Source: Schizochytrium sp. TIO01 | Taxonomy: Eukaryota; Protista; Bigyra: Labyrinthulomycetes | DNA: 64,000 nucleotides | Direction of reading: 5' to 3' | Assembly: GCA_004764695.1 (NCBI GenBank) | Contig: SMSO01000014.1 | Coordinates: forward strand, 4,226,845 to 4,290,844 | Shown: one piece after another, positions 43,531 through 54,660 of the stretch | How the letters are laid out: the number at the start of each line of letters is the position of its first letter | Position numbering within the stretch: position 1 is the stretch's first letter | The notes under the pieces: model-generated | Told to the model about the DNA's origin: nothing | Database searches by the model: none | The model's input: only the letters and a program-made list of their open reading frames with translations | Translations under genes and position numbers: made by a program

Positions 43531-46500
43531 ATGGTTTTACAGACTATAGTCTTGTTGGTTGTCTTGTTCCTATGCAAGACCAACGCACAGGAAGAGACCC
43601 CTGCGCCAACTGCCGAATATGACCTAAGTATTTGTGAAAGTTCCTTAAGTGTTGGTAACTATGCGACTATTTGGGCTAGTCCCGACCGGAATGTGATGTA
43701 TGGATGGGGAGCTAATACCCTTAAGGAACTCAGTAGCGCTAGTGACCCCTCGGCATCTTTCATCGAGCCTTTCAAGATCAATCACTCGACTATTAGTTCG
43801 CCGATGCATCCTAGAGAGGCACTTGCGTTCGCGTGCGTCCTCGATGGACTAACCCATAAAATCCACTGCGTCGGTTCAAATTCAGGATACCTGATCTCTA
43901 AAGAAACAACTAGCAGTACGAGTACAGTGTTCACCGAGTTCACAGAGCTGTCGGATTTTACAAGTGAGTACAGTTCCTTTGCAGTATCAAGGAACTCCTT
44001 GTGTGCAGTTACACTTAATCAAACTGTCGTAACATGTTCGGGTACCAATACTTTTTACCAAAACGGAAGAGGTACAACCTCAAACGGTCGCGACGTTCCA
44101 CCTTTCGACACCCTAAGTTATGAAACGAATCTCGAAGAAGGGGTCACAATTAAGAAGTTAGAATCTGATAAGATTGATAATCACTTCTGTGCACTTCTTA
44201 GTAACAACACTGTCACGTGCTGGGGCAGCAACGCAAATTATGCACTTGGAATCACCGGGTCGACGAGCCTTCCAAGTCCAACGTGGGTCGACACAGAAGA
44301 ACAGGGTAACATTAAAGACATTACCTTGGATGAACAAAATATCGGACTTATTACTTTGGATGGTCGTTTCCTATTTGCAGGGCAAAATAAAGAAGGAATG
44401 TACTCAAACGATGTTGCTTCAGGTAGCTACATCGAAACTGGACCTGTTTAAGTCTTTGATTCAGGTAACGACAACATTGCTTGTATCTTCATGTATAGGA
44501 ACTTCTGTCTTCGAAAGACAAATGGAACCGTTTTTTGCAAGGGTGAGAATGCCTACGGACAATATCATAGTTCCAAAGTGAACTCATTCTCCAACTTCAT
44601 TGAATCAGACAGAATCACTGCCGAGACTGTTGTATCAGTGAATTCTCAAGTTATTTGTGGTTATAATCTGACTGATGATACAGTTAGTTACTGGGGAGCT
44701 AACAACTACCCCCAATTTGACGCAAGTGGAACTGTCCCGTCGACACCAGTTCTTATGGAAGGTGTTTCATGTGCGCCTCTACCACCAACTATGGCACCGA
44801 CACTTTACCCAACGATGTCTCCAACTGTCTATCCAACGAGAGAACCTACTACACTTTTCCCAACAACTTCAGAGATGACTTGCGGAGCGAACATTGCAAC
44901 TACTACCGCAGGTGCTTCCTACTATATTAGTGAAGAACGCAACGCCGTAATTGCTTGGGGCAATGACGGTAATGAAGTTGGAATATTGGGTTTGGGAAGA
45001 GATGTTGGAGACATTGACTATCACCCCCGACGAAGATACCTGGCTCTTATGTTAACCCAGTCCAAATTTCTGTTGAACCGACCGGTAGTTTAGCTTGCGT
45101 CCTTGATGGATATGACGATTCAGTTCATTGCATCGGAAAGGACCCCTTTGGGGCTATTACAGCAACATCGAGTGCTGAAATGTATGAGATGACCCGTTTT
45201 ACTGCGATTGATAATGATGAAACGATCAAAAACATTGATGAAATTTCAGTAGGAATGTCAAATATGTGTCTGGTTATTAATAACAGGACTGAGATAAAGT
45301 GTATTGGAGGAGGTGCCTATGGTATGAATGGCGCAGGTGTTACTGGAACCACAACAATTCCAGTATATGCTATCAACAGTGCTGCTGGCGCCGGTGAAAA
45401 AATCATTCAGCTTGAAAACAACATGTTCACATATTGTGCACTTTTCAGTAACAACACAGTTTATTGTTGGGGATACAATGACAACAATCGCATTGGACTT
45501 CCTGATTATGTAAGTGGAAATAGTCAGCTTTCCCCAATTTTGATTCCTGACATGAGCTTCACTAAAGTCACTTTCGGACAGCACAACATTTGGGGACTTG
45601 GAACTGATGGGAAAATTTATGCTTCAGAAAAGAACACCTTCCAGGTAATTACGGGTGAACTAGAGACGAATGTTTTCACTTCTGAATGGCTTGTCGTTGA
45701 AGGGACAGATAATTACAATTTTGACCTTTGGGCATTTGAACAAGGTTTCTGTGTTAAGAAACGGGACAAAAAGACATACTGCAAGGGCAATGGAGCTTAT
45801 GGTCTTTTTTCAGAATCGGATTCCACACATCACTTCACAGATTTGATCGAAAATACGAGGATGCCAAATCTGAGAGAGTTCCGGAGCTCTAGTAATCTAC
45901 ATGTCGCGCTTTTCGAAAACGGAACTGTTAAGACCTGGGGATATAATTCTCCTTTGCGGGTTGGAAGTACATCTATGGGAACGAAGGTGAAGACTCAGCA
46001 AGTAATTGAAGAAGCCTATTGCTCACCAAAGTTTGCTCCGTCGATGACACCAACTCAAATTCCAACAGAAGCACCTACCTCAGGTCATTCTTGTTCAACA
46101 GAAGGACAATCCAATAAATTCTTGGGTGCTACTGTCAACACGGATCTCAATCAGGTCTTGATGTTTGGAACGGATCACTTTGGCAAGTATCTAGCGGGAG
46201 ATGGTCAAAAGAGTGGAACTATTGAATTGTATGAGTTGATCTCAAGCCTGGACTATGGTCCACGGGCAGTAAGCAAGTTTTCCCTAGGAAATAACCACGC
46301 ATGTTTGATTGATCCAACAGATGACTCTGTTTGGTGTTGGGGAACTGGTACTTACGGCAGTTTGGGTAATAAGAACGGTGCACTTTCATCGTCACTTCCT
46401 TACCCAACAAAAATTAACATTGAAAGTCCCGGACAAGGCTATAAAGATGTCGTTGTTACAGACTCGGCTACCTTCTTCTTGAGCAATGACAACCGAACGG

Positions 46501-47501
46501 TGAAAGTCATGGGTAAACACGTCAACAATATGTTCAGAACTGGAGGAAGTAATGCTGTACAAAGTATGTTTACTGTTCAAGATCTAGGTAACCGAGTAAT
46601 TAAACGGATATTCGCCGGCGGGCTATTTTCTGTTTGCTATATTTACGAAGACGATCAAGTTGCATGCGCTGGAAGCACTTACGGATTCTGCCATGAAGGA
46701 CAAGTAAGAAATTCTGTAGTCACAAATTGTACAGGTAAATTTGCAAAAATCAGTGACTTTAGCTGCCCCTCAAACTTTAACAGCTGTGTAGTCAATATGG
46801 AAGGGCAGATCGTTTGTACTGGTAACCAGAACACTTACGGACAAATTGACCCATCCGCTGTTGGAACAGCAGAGTACACTGGAAAGGTTATTGAAGGTAT
46901 GGGAAATGATAATAAATTCGCCGTGTTTTCAAATGACTTCGCCTGCGGAGTTAAACAAAATTCAGGAGACGTTTATTGCTGGGGCAGAAACAATTATGGT
47001 GTCTTAGATGGAAATAGCACGAACTCAGATGCAACTTATACAACCCCGATTAAGATCCAAAATATTACAGGAGTTACTGCCATTTGGGGAAGAGATACAC
47101 TGTTTGCTAGAACGAAGGATGGCGACCTGAAAACTTTCGGTGTACATAATGGAAATTACTTTAAGACTTTGACAGGTGTTTATGCATCAATGATTAATCC
47201 TCCGATGACAATTGATGTTCTTCATGACTACTCATGCCCTCTAGAGGGCCCGGATGTATATTGCACCAGTGGTGATCACGCAACCTACTCTACGTCCAAG
47301 GTCTTTTGTAACGAAGAAATGGACGATTATGCTGCTAAGGCTATTTGCTTTGTGCTCGCTAGCCTTTGTTGCGCGCTTGTGATCACTTGCAATGCAAGCT
47401 GTTTGGCATTTTTGTGCCTGGTTTATCCGGACTTATTTTTTCTCGTTGGCTATGGTCGTAGTGGCGAGCGCTCAGGCCCAGTAAGACGTAGCCGTGTTTG
47501 A
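43531..47501 (+). pseudogene. ~1320-aa type I membrane protein with three RCC1/BLIP-II-like propeller regions; one in-frame stop and one frameshift
   Basis: Signal peptide MVLQTIVLLVVLFLCKTNA; many C-WG-N-YG repeats; PT-rich linkers; C-terminal TM. In-frame TAA at 44449-44451 and a 1-nt loss in the C5 run at 45024-45028 join ORFs 43531..44451, 44491..45093 and 45180..47501. Confidence 0.82.
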
Positions 47502-47506
47502 GCGGC

Positions 47507-47746
47507 CTATGTTTTGGCCTTGGTAGGGCACCACTTTGTAAAGTCCGTTTTCATGTAAGGCGAGGCCATGAAAGCAAGCAGTTCATTACGACTGCTGCTT
47601 TGCATTGCCACCAGCATTTGAACAAGTGCCCAACCACTATAATGTGCCTTTACATATTCAAATTTAGGAATTGGCATGTTATTGCGTCCGTTGATCTGGT
47701 TTTGAGCGTTATACACCCAACGCGCAAGAAACGCGTGACTCTTCAT
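47507..47746 (-). CDS. Small ORF, possible Erv1/ALR sulfhydryl-oxidase C-terminal remnant
   Basis: LARWVYNAQNQINGRNNMPIPKFEYVKAHY resembles W..HNxVNxRLGKP..F.....Y; no CxxC present. Confidence 0.3.
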   Translation of the reverse strand: MKSHAFLARWVYNAQNQINGRNNMPIPKFEYVKAHYSGWALVQMLVAMQSSSRNELLAFMASPYMKTDFTKWCPTKAKT

Positions 47747-47979
47747 AATGAAACGTGGTTATGATTACTTAGAGGTATTTGGGGAAATGTCTTAGGTGGT
47801 AGTAATTAGTTATTATTATGGCTAGGCTTGTCTTGTAGAATGTGCTTGATAGATTCAAGTGCTTCTGGTCGCTTTGGCATTTCGGGTCTGCCTGCAGGTT
47901 TTGCTTTGTAGACTCCTCTCGATGCTTGCTTGATTCCCTTCATTCCCTGGTTGATTCCGGCGCAATGTTGTACATCACC

Positions 47980-48935
47980 CATCATGCCATCGTGACACTT
48001 TTGTCCTGCTTTCGTCAGATAGGGGCTCCTCTTAATCTTGCGAAGTCATGTCGCAGAGATGTGTCTGAATTCCTTCTCAGTATCAGTGATTTAACGCATA
48101 ACAATTGGAAGTCAAAAACCTATCAATAGAAAAAGTTTGTGTAGCTTTAGCTATTCCATTGGTCCCACAAATATCGACAGGTACTCCTATTCGCAAAGCA
48201 CAAGCCATCTGTAGATTGCAGCTTGCCAAGAACAAAAACACAAAACAATGTTTAGTCTTGGGAAGCTTGCTGAAGCTTCGCCTTCTCTCTTTGTGATGAT
48301 GCTAATTGACGTGCTAGGACCTGTTTGCATGAGTCGAACGGGGCTGGTAGGAGGAAGCACGTCTTGTTATGATGCTATGGTGAAGCAGTTTGGTATTCCG
48401 ATTGCAGAAGTGGCTCATGCTCCTTATCTAGATTACTTAATTGATGACTCTGGCTCGCAAACCGACTTGGCAATGCGTAAAACTCTTATGTATTATAGAC
48501 CGGCATCTTACGCGGAAGCATACCACCCTGGAAGTAGCTTTGGACACACCTTTGTCATTTGTGGCTACCATTTTATCCCTACTGCATCAGAGGATAGCTA
48601 CTACATTTGCGAGAATTTTCACTGGGAGAATGGCACAACCTTTCATGGTGCGCTCTTGATTAAAATTAACTTCTTGCATGCTTGGGCTGGACAGCATTTG
48701 ATTGAGAGAGACATTACTTGCTGGAACCATGATATCACCACAAAAAAAGGGTGGATTCGGGCGCCTTGGCAAATTTACTGTTGTTCACAGTATTGCAACT
48801 AGCTTACTATTCCCTTTAGGAATGTTGTATGACCTCACCGACTACTTAGAAGCAATCTCCACTATGACTCCAGAAGAGTACGAACAACAAAACAAGACTT
48901 TCCAGAAACGACAATTTTTACAGATTAATAATTGA
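47980..48935 (+). pseudogene. Fragmented gene, possibly a papain-like cysteine peptidase
   Basis: GHTFVICGY...YYICENFHW resembles the papain GHAVxIVGY...YWxxKNSW His/Asn motifs; flanking frames are broken. Confidence 0.35.
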
Positions 48936-48968
48936 GAAAATTTCTCATTAACTTGACCCCTCCCTCAA

Positions 48969-49930
48969 TCATTGGGGATTGGCTTCGCGCCCAGTAGCCA
49001 GTCTTACAAAAGAGGCAACCTTTTCTTCTAATCCGGGATTTTCAATTTCCCTTTCAGAGAATAGGAGCTCGATGCGACCCACCAAAGCACCCAGCTCTTT
49101 AAGTTCGGTTATTGTAAACCCATCGAATGTTTCCGCGTCGCTGTTTTCGCCATTTCCCTTATCGCTGTTTGTCTCGTCATGGCTATCAACCCTGGTAGTG
49201 AGCCCTGCAGTGGTGTCGGTTGATTTATTATTCAAGGCTTGGTCACATTAGACTCCAAATAGACGGGTCTGGATCGACCGAATTATCATTGATCCTGCTT
49301 TGCTTGCATGCTTGCTTCCGGCTGAGCTCTCGTCGGGAATTCCAGCACTAGATAAGCACAATCCACAACACAGCTGGTGCTGTTCGGCTCCGACAACATA
49401 CCTTGATCATTGCTGAGATCTCCAATCGAAGGAACTAGTAGACAAGACATTGCTAGGGTTCTTGGCGTCCCTTTATGAAACCCTAGTAGACATAGGGCTT
49501 ACAATAGAGCGAGAGTAGGCAGCCAGATTCATGTGGCTGCTGGAGTTAAGTAGCAAAAGTACGAATACACATTACCTACATCCAAGCATGGTGTAACTTG
49601 AATCAATGTTTGTAGAGCTTGATTAACCTAATCCCATGCATCGATTATCTCTAACACCTTTCAAGAATGTCTTAACCTCCTTAATTACTATATGAATCCA
49701 TCTGTCCTGGAGAATGCAATCTCCAGGACAGCAGTTCGATAACTCTTAAATCGACCTTCTTAAAGCCTTCATCAAGACCCTTGCCTTCTTCTTTACAGTC
49801 AACTCCTCAAGCTAACCAGAATCATTTTTCAGCAACCATACTCTTTTAAAAGACCACTCGTTTCATTCATAAACATATCACTGCCACAGTAAATCACATC
49901 ACAGACAACTTCCATAGTGATATCATCTGC
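48969..49930 (-). pseudogene. Decayed ORF interrupted by the solo LTR
   Basis: Removing 49411..49834 plus one TSD copy restores ...DMFMNETSGLLKEYG|QGMLSEPNSTSCVVDCAYLVLEFP... Confidence 0.45.
49411..49834 (+). mobile_element. Solo LTR (424 bp) with a near-perfect 5-bp target-site duplication
   Basis: TGCTGA...TCAGCA termini; flanks ATCAT (49406-49410) and ACCAT (49835-49839); no PBS after it and no polypurine tract before it. Confidence 0.88.
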
Positions 49931-51514
49931 ACTACCTGTAATGAGAAGATAGTTACAGTCGCTTTAAATACCTCAAAGTTTTCAGTAAAGTATGTGGTAT
50001 CTGGTAGGGTATGCTTAAACATTTTGTAAATCTGCGTCTCAGCTTTCAGAACTACACGCGGACGTCCAAACTTGGCGAAGAACTGGCGATAGTAGGATAA
50101 GCAAAAACGATGTCGTCCTCCGTCGATTTAGAAAGATAAACTAGAGTGGTCGAACCGTCTATTCCATAAAACGAGCCGCATGCCAAGCTGGTGGAAAAGA
50201 TCCGAAGGTAGTAATAATAACACAAGTTCTTGACATAACCCAACTCGGAAATCTGGCTCCTCAAATACTGTAGTCAGCAACTACTCAAATGTGACAATTT
50301 TTTCCCCTCTATTTTGTTGTTGAGATCAACAATTGAAAAGTAATTTCACAAGTTTCTGGCAACCCTTTGTAAGACCTCGGTAAATATGACAATTAATCGA
50401 TTTGCTCAAGCACTTTAATTGATAATTTTCAAAACCCAAAGCAAGCGAGTGGTTGACGCACTCGAGTGACTATTTAGTTGGCTATAATTAGATGCAACCA
50501 GAGCGAATTGTTGAAGCTCTGCATGAGACTTACGCACTTTATATTTCCATAGTAAGCCGTAGCCAAGTCTGAGTTTTTTCACACACAGAACTAAAGACCA
50601 TTCATGATGGCTAGCAAAATACCATGTACTGAGTCTAAGTATTTTGACATGTTTGAGCCTTTCAATCATCGCATTTAAGACTCTTGTCTAGCTAACCTAA
50701 CGTGGAGTAAATACAAACTTTCATCGTTGGTATCGATTCGGGTTAAGCCAGGCCAGGAAGGCATCGCAAAGAAAGACTCGGCTCCACATGGAGTGTAATT
50801 CATATGGCTTTCAGAGGGACCTTGCAGCAGAGATCAATACTAAAAGTATCTATATAGAGGCAATTTGCCCCATGGACGAATACTATTTTGAAAGTATGCT
50901 TCAAGAAATTTTCATGTGGTGTATGTGAGAGAGAGTGAGAGCTTGGTGAGATGATATTTGTCGACGTCTAACGGGTCCAGACCGACATTGTACCATCACG
51001 TTTTACCTGGTAGGTACTGTGAACAAATGGCTAGAAATGTCACATTGGACGAGCGAGAAGGTATAAATAAATGCGCACCCCTACGTACGTGCTAGACCAA
51101 TACTTGCTCTCTAGGTCTCACATTTTGTAAATGTTCAAGACAGTTTAAATAGCTCATTTTGAAACCAATCGGGAACAAGGAACACAATGCACGAGGAATA
51201 CTACCATTCTCGCCACTTATCCCGACATTTCCGATGAGCGCGTACGCTTCCACAGATGCCGTACATTATGTTCAAACCGACATCTCTGCCAGCAATCGCT
51301 ATTGCGCCTCTTTCGCCAACCCTCTTTCCTTTCGCTAGCTCCTCTTGCCTCTCGACAGTGCCCCTTCGATCCCCCAACTCCCCTTCACCTCGGGCTGCTC
51401 CAGCCTAGATTTCATCCCGGCTTTCTCACCAAGACCAAGGTGCCCAGCCTTCGTATCCGCCCCGCGTCCACATTGATTGCCCATCGCTATCGCTTTCGTG
51501 CTCTGCATCATCGA

Positions 51515-51652
51515 TCCAAACTCCAAACTCCAAACTCCAAACTTCAATTTTCAAACTCCAAACTTCAATTTTCAAACTCCAAACTTCAATTTTCAAACTC
51601 CAAACTTCAATTTTCAAACTCCAAACTTCAAATTCAAACTTCAAATTCCAAA
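51515..51652. repeat. Minisatellite, 21-bp unit CAAACTCCAAACTTCAATTTT built from 7-mers
   Basis: About four full units plus (CCAAACT)n and degenerate ends. Confidence 0.9.
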
Positions 51653-52264
51653 TAATTCCAACCTTCTTTCAAAGGGTCAATCAAGATACGCTTCTTCTAG
51701 CTAGCCAGCCAGCCACCCACCCACTGCTACCATTTACCCTAACCGCCGCCTAGCCATTTTCAAACCCGTCGAGATCTGGACCGGCGGCGCCGTATCTTGG
51801 ACGGGCTCTTCTTCTCCTCCTTCTTCTTGGAGCGCTCGAGCCTTGAGCAGAACTGACTGCCTGACAGACAGACTGACTGCCTGACAGACAGACAGACTGC
51901 CTTCTGACTGCCTGAGCTGGTCCAACTCGAGCTCAGGGCTCCTCAGCTCTCCGCCGCCCGCCAGACGCCGCTCCCTCCAATCTCCCTCCAATCTCCCTCC
52001 CTCGTGGGCGCCGCCTGGCACCGGTTCTGCGGCGCCGCCTGAGCTCAAGTCCCTCGCTCCGCTGCCTCGAAGACTGCTCGATGGACGAGGAGCACTGTGG
52101 AAAGAAGGAAGCGGCCAAGAGCAGTCGGGTCGGACGGCCCCGGGGCAGCTTAGGTACCGCAGCCTTCAAGCTACTGCGAAGGTCGAAGAAGAAGCTGCTT
52201 CGAAGAAGCAAGCTCATCGCAGATCAGATCAGATCAGATCAGATCGGCGGGAGACATCTTCGCC

Positions 52265-52597
52265 GAATGAACGGATGAATGAATGAATTAGAATGAATAA
52301 TTGAATGAATTAGAATGAATAATTGAATGAATTAGAATGAATAATTGAATGAATTAGAATGAATAATTGAATGAATTAGAATGAATGAATTAGAATGAAT
52401 AATTGAATGAATTAATGAATAATTGAATAATTGAATTAGAATGAATGAATTAGAATGAATGAATTAGAATGAATCAATGAATAATTGAATTAGAATGAAT
52501 TAGAATGAATTAGAATGAATGAATTAGAATGAATCAATGAATCAACGAATAATTGAATGAATCAATGAGTGAATGAATCAATGAATGAATCAATGAA
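52265..52597. repeat. GAAT-based satellite, ~22-bp unit GAATGAATTAGAATGAATAATT
   Basis: Read directly from sequence. Confidence 0.92.
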
Positions 52598-54286
52598 AGC
52601 CAAGCCATGCCAAGCTCAACTGGGATCTTCGAGACAGACAGACAAGACAAGACCGGGCAGACTGTCTCTGTCTACCTGCGCACAGGCTTAGGTTCCTTGG
52701 GTTCCTCCTCCAGCTCCTCCTCCTCCTCCTCCGTCTCGGCGGAGTTGTTTATTGTATTAGCACAGCCGGTCTCATATTAAAGAAGTCTGACCGTGTTTAT
52801 TAGGTCTCTCAGCAGAAGAAGAAGTCTGATCTGCTCGACCTCACTTGCTTGCTGAGGGTAGGACTGGGCGAATTTGTCAGAAGGATCGTTCATTCATGTT
52901 CCCTCAGACTTGCGACCAAGTGAAAAAATGCGCAACGCTCAACGTGCCCTGCGATCCCGCCCATGCTCAGGTCGAGCTTGCCCACGAGCGGTGAGTGGTT
53001 GAATGAATGAATGAGTTTAGTGAGTGAGTGAGTGAGTGATTGAGTTTACTTTCCTCCGCGTCTTCTGCTGGTAGGTCTGACACGCGCACACACACGCACC
53101 CTCTCACTCTCACAGAGGTCCTGCAAGCAGTTGTTCCGGGTGTTCCACGCGTTCCACGCGTTCTATGGCGGGGCTTTCTTTCAACCGACGGATTACTTTG
53201 CGCTTTTGGAGGTCGCGTTAGTTTGATCCGGAATGGAACTCATTCACTCATTCACTCATTCACTCATTCACTTTGCAGGGCACCGGCAGGAACTCGAGGA
53301 CGGAGGCTGAAGGCAGCTGCGAGATGTATCGATGTATCGAGGTATCGATCGGTCGTACCTAGGTTGTTCCGCTTGGGATCGTCGCGATGGGATGCGTTTA
53401 TTGGTTGCTTTCGTTCATTTCATTGATTGATTGATTGCTGTTATTCTGCGCAAAGGGTGGATTGAGTGAAGATTGACTGCCACAACTCGAGGGCTTGTTT
53501 GCTTGGGTGCGTGTCTATGAAAAGGAAACTATCTAAATGCTGCTCAACCTCGCGAGCAAGCAGCGTTCGCCATTTGTACTGGGTGCAGGTCGAGCGACTT
53601 GCTCGCAGAATGAGCCAAAGAAAGATACGCAGCGAGCAAGAATCGCACCGTGGCGTTGTCTGTCTGCGCACTCTTGGGTCTCACTAAATCAAGACCTCCT
53701 TCCTGTGGATTACTTATCACTTTCAGAGCCTAACAGCAGAAAGAAATAAAGAAACTTGGAAAGCTACGAAACTCGAAAGGAGATCGTACCCCAATCAATG
53801 ATGATCTGGGTCCTCCAAACGTGATGTGTTGAGAGATGATTGTTTTGACTTGAGCTTTAAGGATTTTTTTTGATTTTTCTTAAAGTTTGGTTTTCCCCGA
53901 AGAGTAAATTTCATTATTTTTTTTTTTTTTTACAGAAAGACTTTTGAAAACTCTCTCAGTCTGAGTACCTCTGACTACTGACTACTTAGTGAGAGTGCTA
54001 CTCTGGCACTTTCTAATACTACTGCTGCTGCTGCTGCTACTACTTCTTCGGTACCTGGGACTACAACATAAGCGGAACTGCTCTTTCGAAAAACCAGAAT
54101 TACACCTGCCGCAGTGCATAAAATCAACAAGACATCACGTATGCATACACCCATACATACATGCACACTGCTAACTTGAGGTTTGCGTTGTGAGCACGGA
54201 CCACCAACGAGGAGTACCTAGTCTTTCCAGTGTGTCAAGTCAGGCGAACCAATCTTCGAAGGCTTGTGCCCGAAGGAGAATATAAT

Positions 54287-54333
54287 ATTTCTTTATTTCT
54301 TTATTTCTTTATTTCTTTATTTCTTATTTATTT
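54287..54333. repeat. (ATTTCTTT)n simple repeat
   Basis: Read directly from sequence. Confidence 0.85.
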
Positions 54334-54568
54334 GATTGTGCTAGGAGTGGTAGGACTGTGAGACACTTTGGAATAGCAGTTTCATTAATAGTGTAGGGAC
54401 TGATTTCGCTTCCATCTCGACGAAGATATCTTTGTAATTTGTAAGAAGGGAAACAAATAAGGAAACAAAGAAACAAACAGATCTTCTCAAGGACTGAGAT
54501 TGCGAAGCAAAATCCAAACCGGCAACCCCAGCCAATCCATCGCCGCATTCGCAATTATACCTGCCGCT

Positions 54569-54606
<38 letters not shown>

Positions 54607-54644
54607 TAACAACAACAACAACAACAACAGCAACAGCGGCAGCA
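54569..54644. repeat. Compound (CAG)n(CAA)n microsatellite just upstream of the GMC start codon
   Basis: Read directly from sequence. Confidence 0.9.
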
Positions 54645-54660
54645 TAAGAAGCTCGTAAAC

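Larger units (their letters stand above)
29945..48935. mobile_element. Endogenous large-DNA-virus-like segment (mirusvirus/NCLDV-like), partly decayed; boundaries approximate, may extend to ~26.9 and ~50.7 kb
   Basis: AT-richer codon usage than flanking host genes, several tiny or overlapping intergenic gaps, no obvious introns, viral-type resolvase next to a TBP-like gene, many orphans. No capsid, terminase or polymerase seen. Confidence 0.72.

Noticed and set aside
28933-49834. A single 21-kb LTR element carrying viral cargo between paired LTRs
   Set aside because: Outer flanks (CCAAC / ACCAT) do not form a TSD, the right LTR has its own TSD and no polypurine tract, and the two LTRs are much more diverged than the nearly intact ORFs between them would predict.
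27891-49834. Polinton/Maverick-like element bounded by terminal inverted repeats
   Set aside because: The inverted repeat is a third copy of the LTR family, and no pPolB, integrase, packaging ATPase or capsid gene is visible.
51426-51704. ORFs with NFNFQTP / SLKIEVW repeats, or a CRISPR-like array
   Set aside because: They are translations of a head-to-tail 21-bp minisatellite with no unique spacers.
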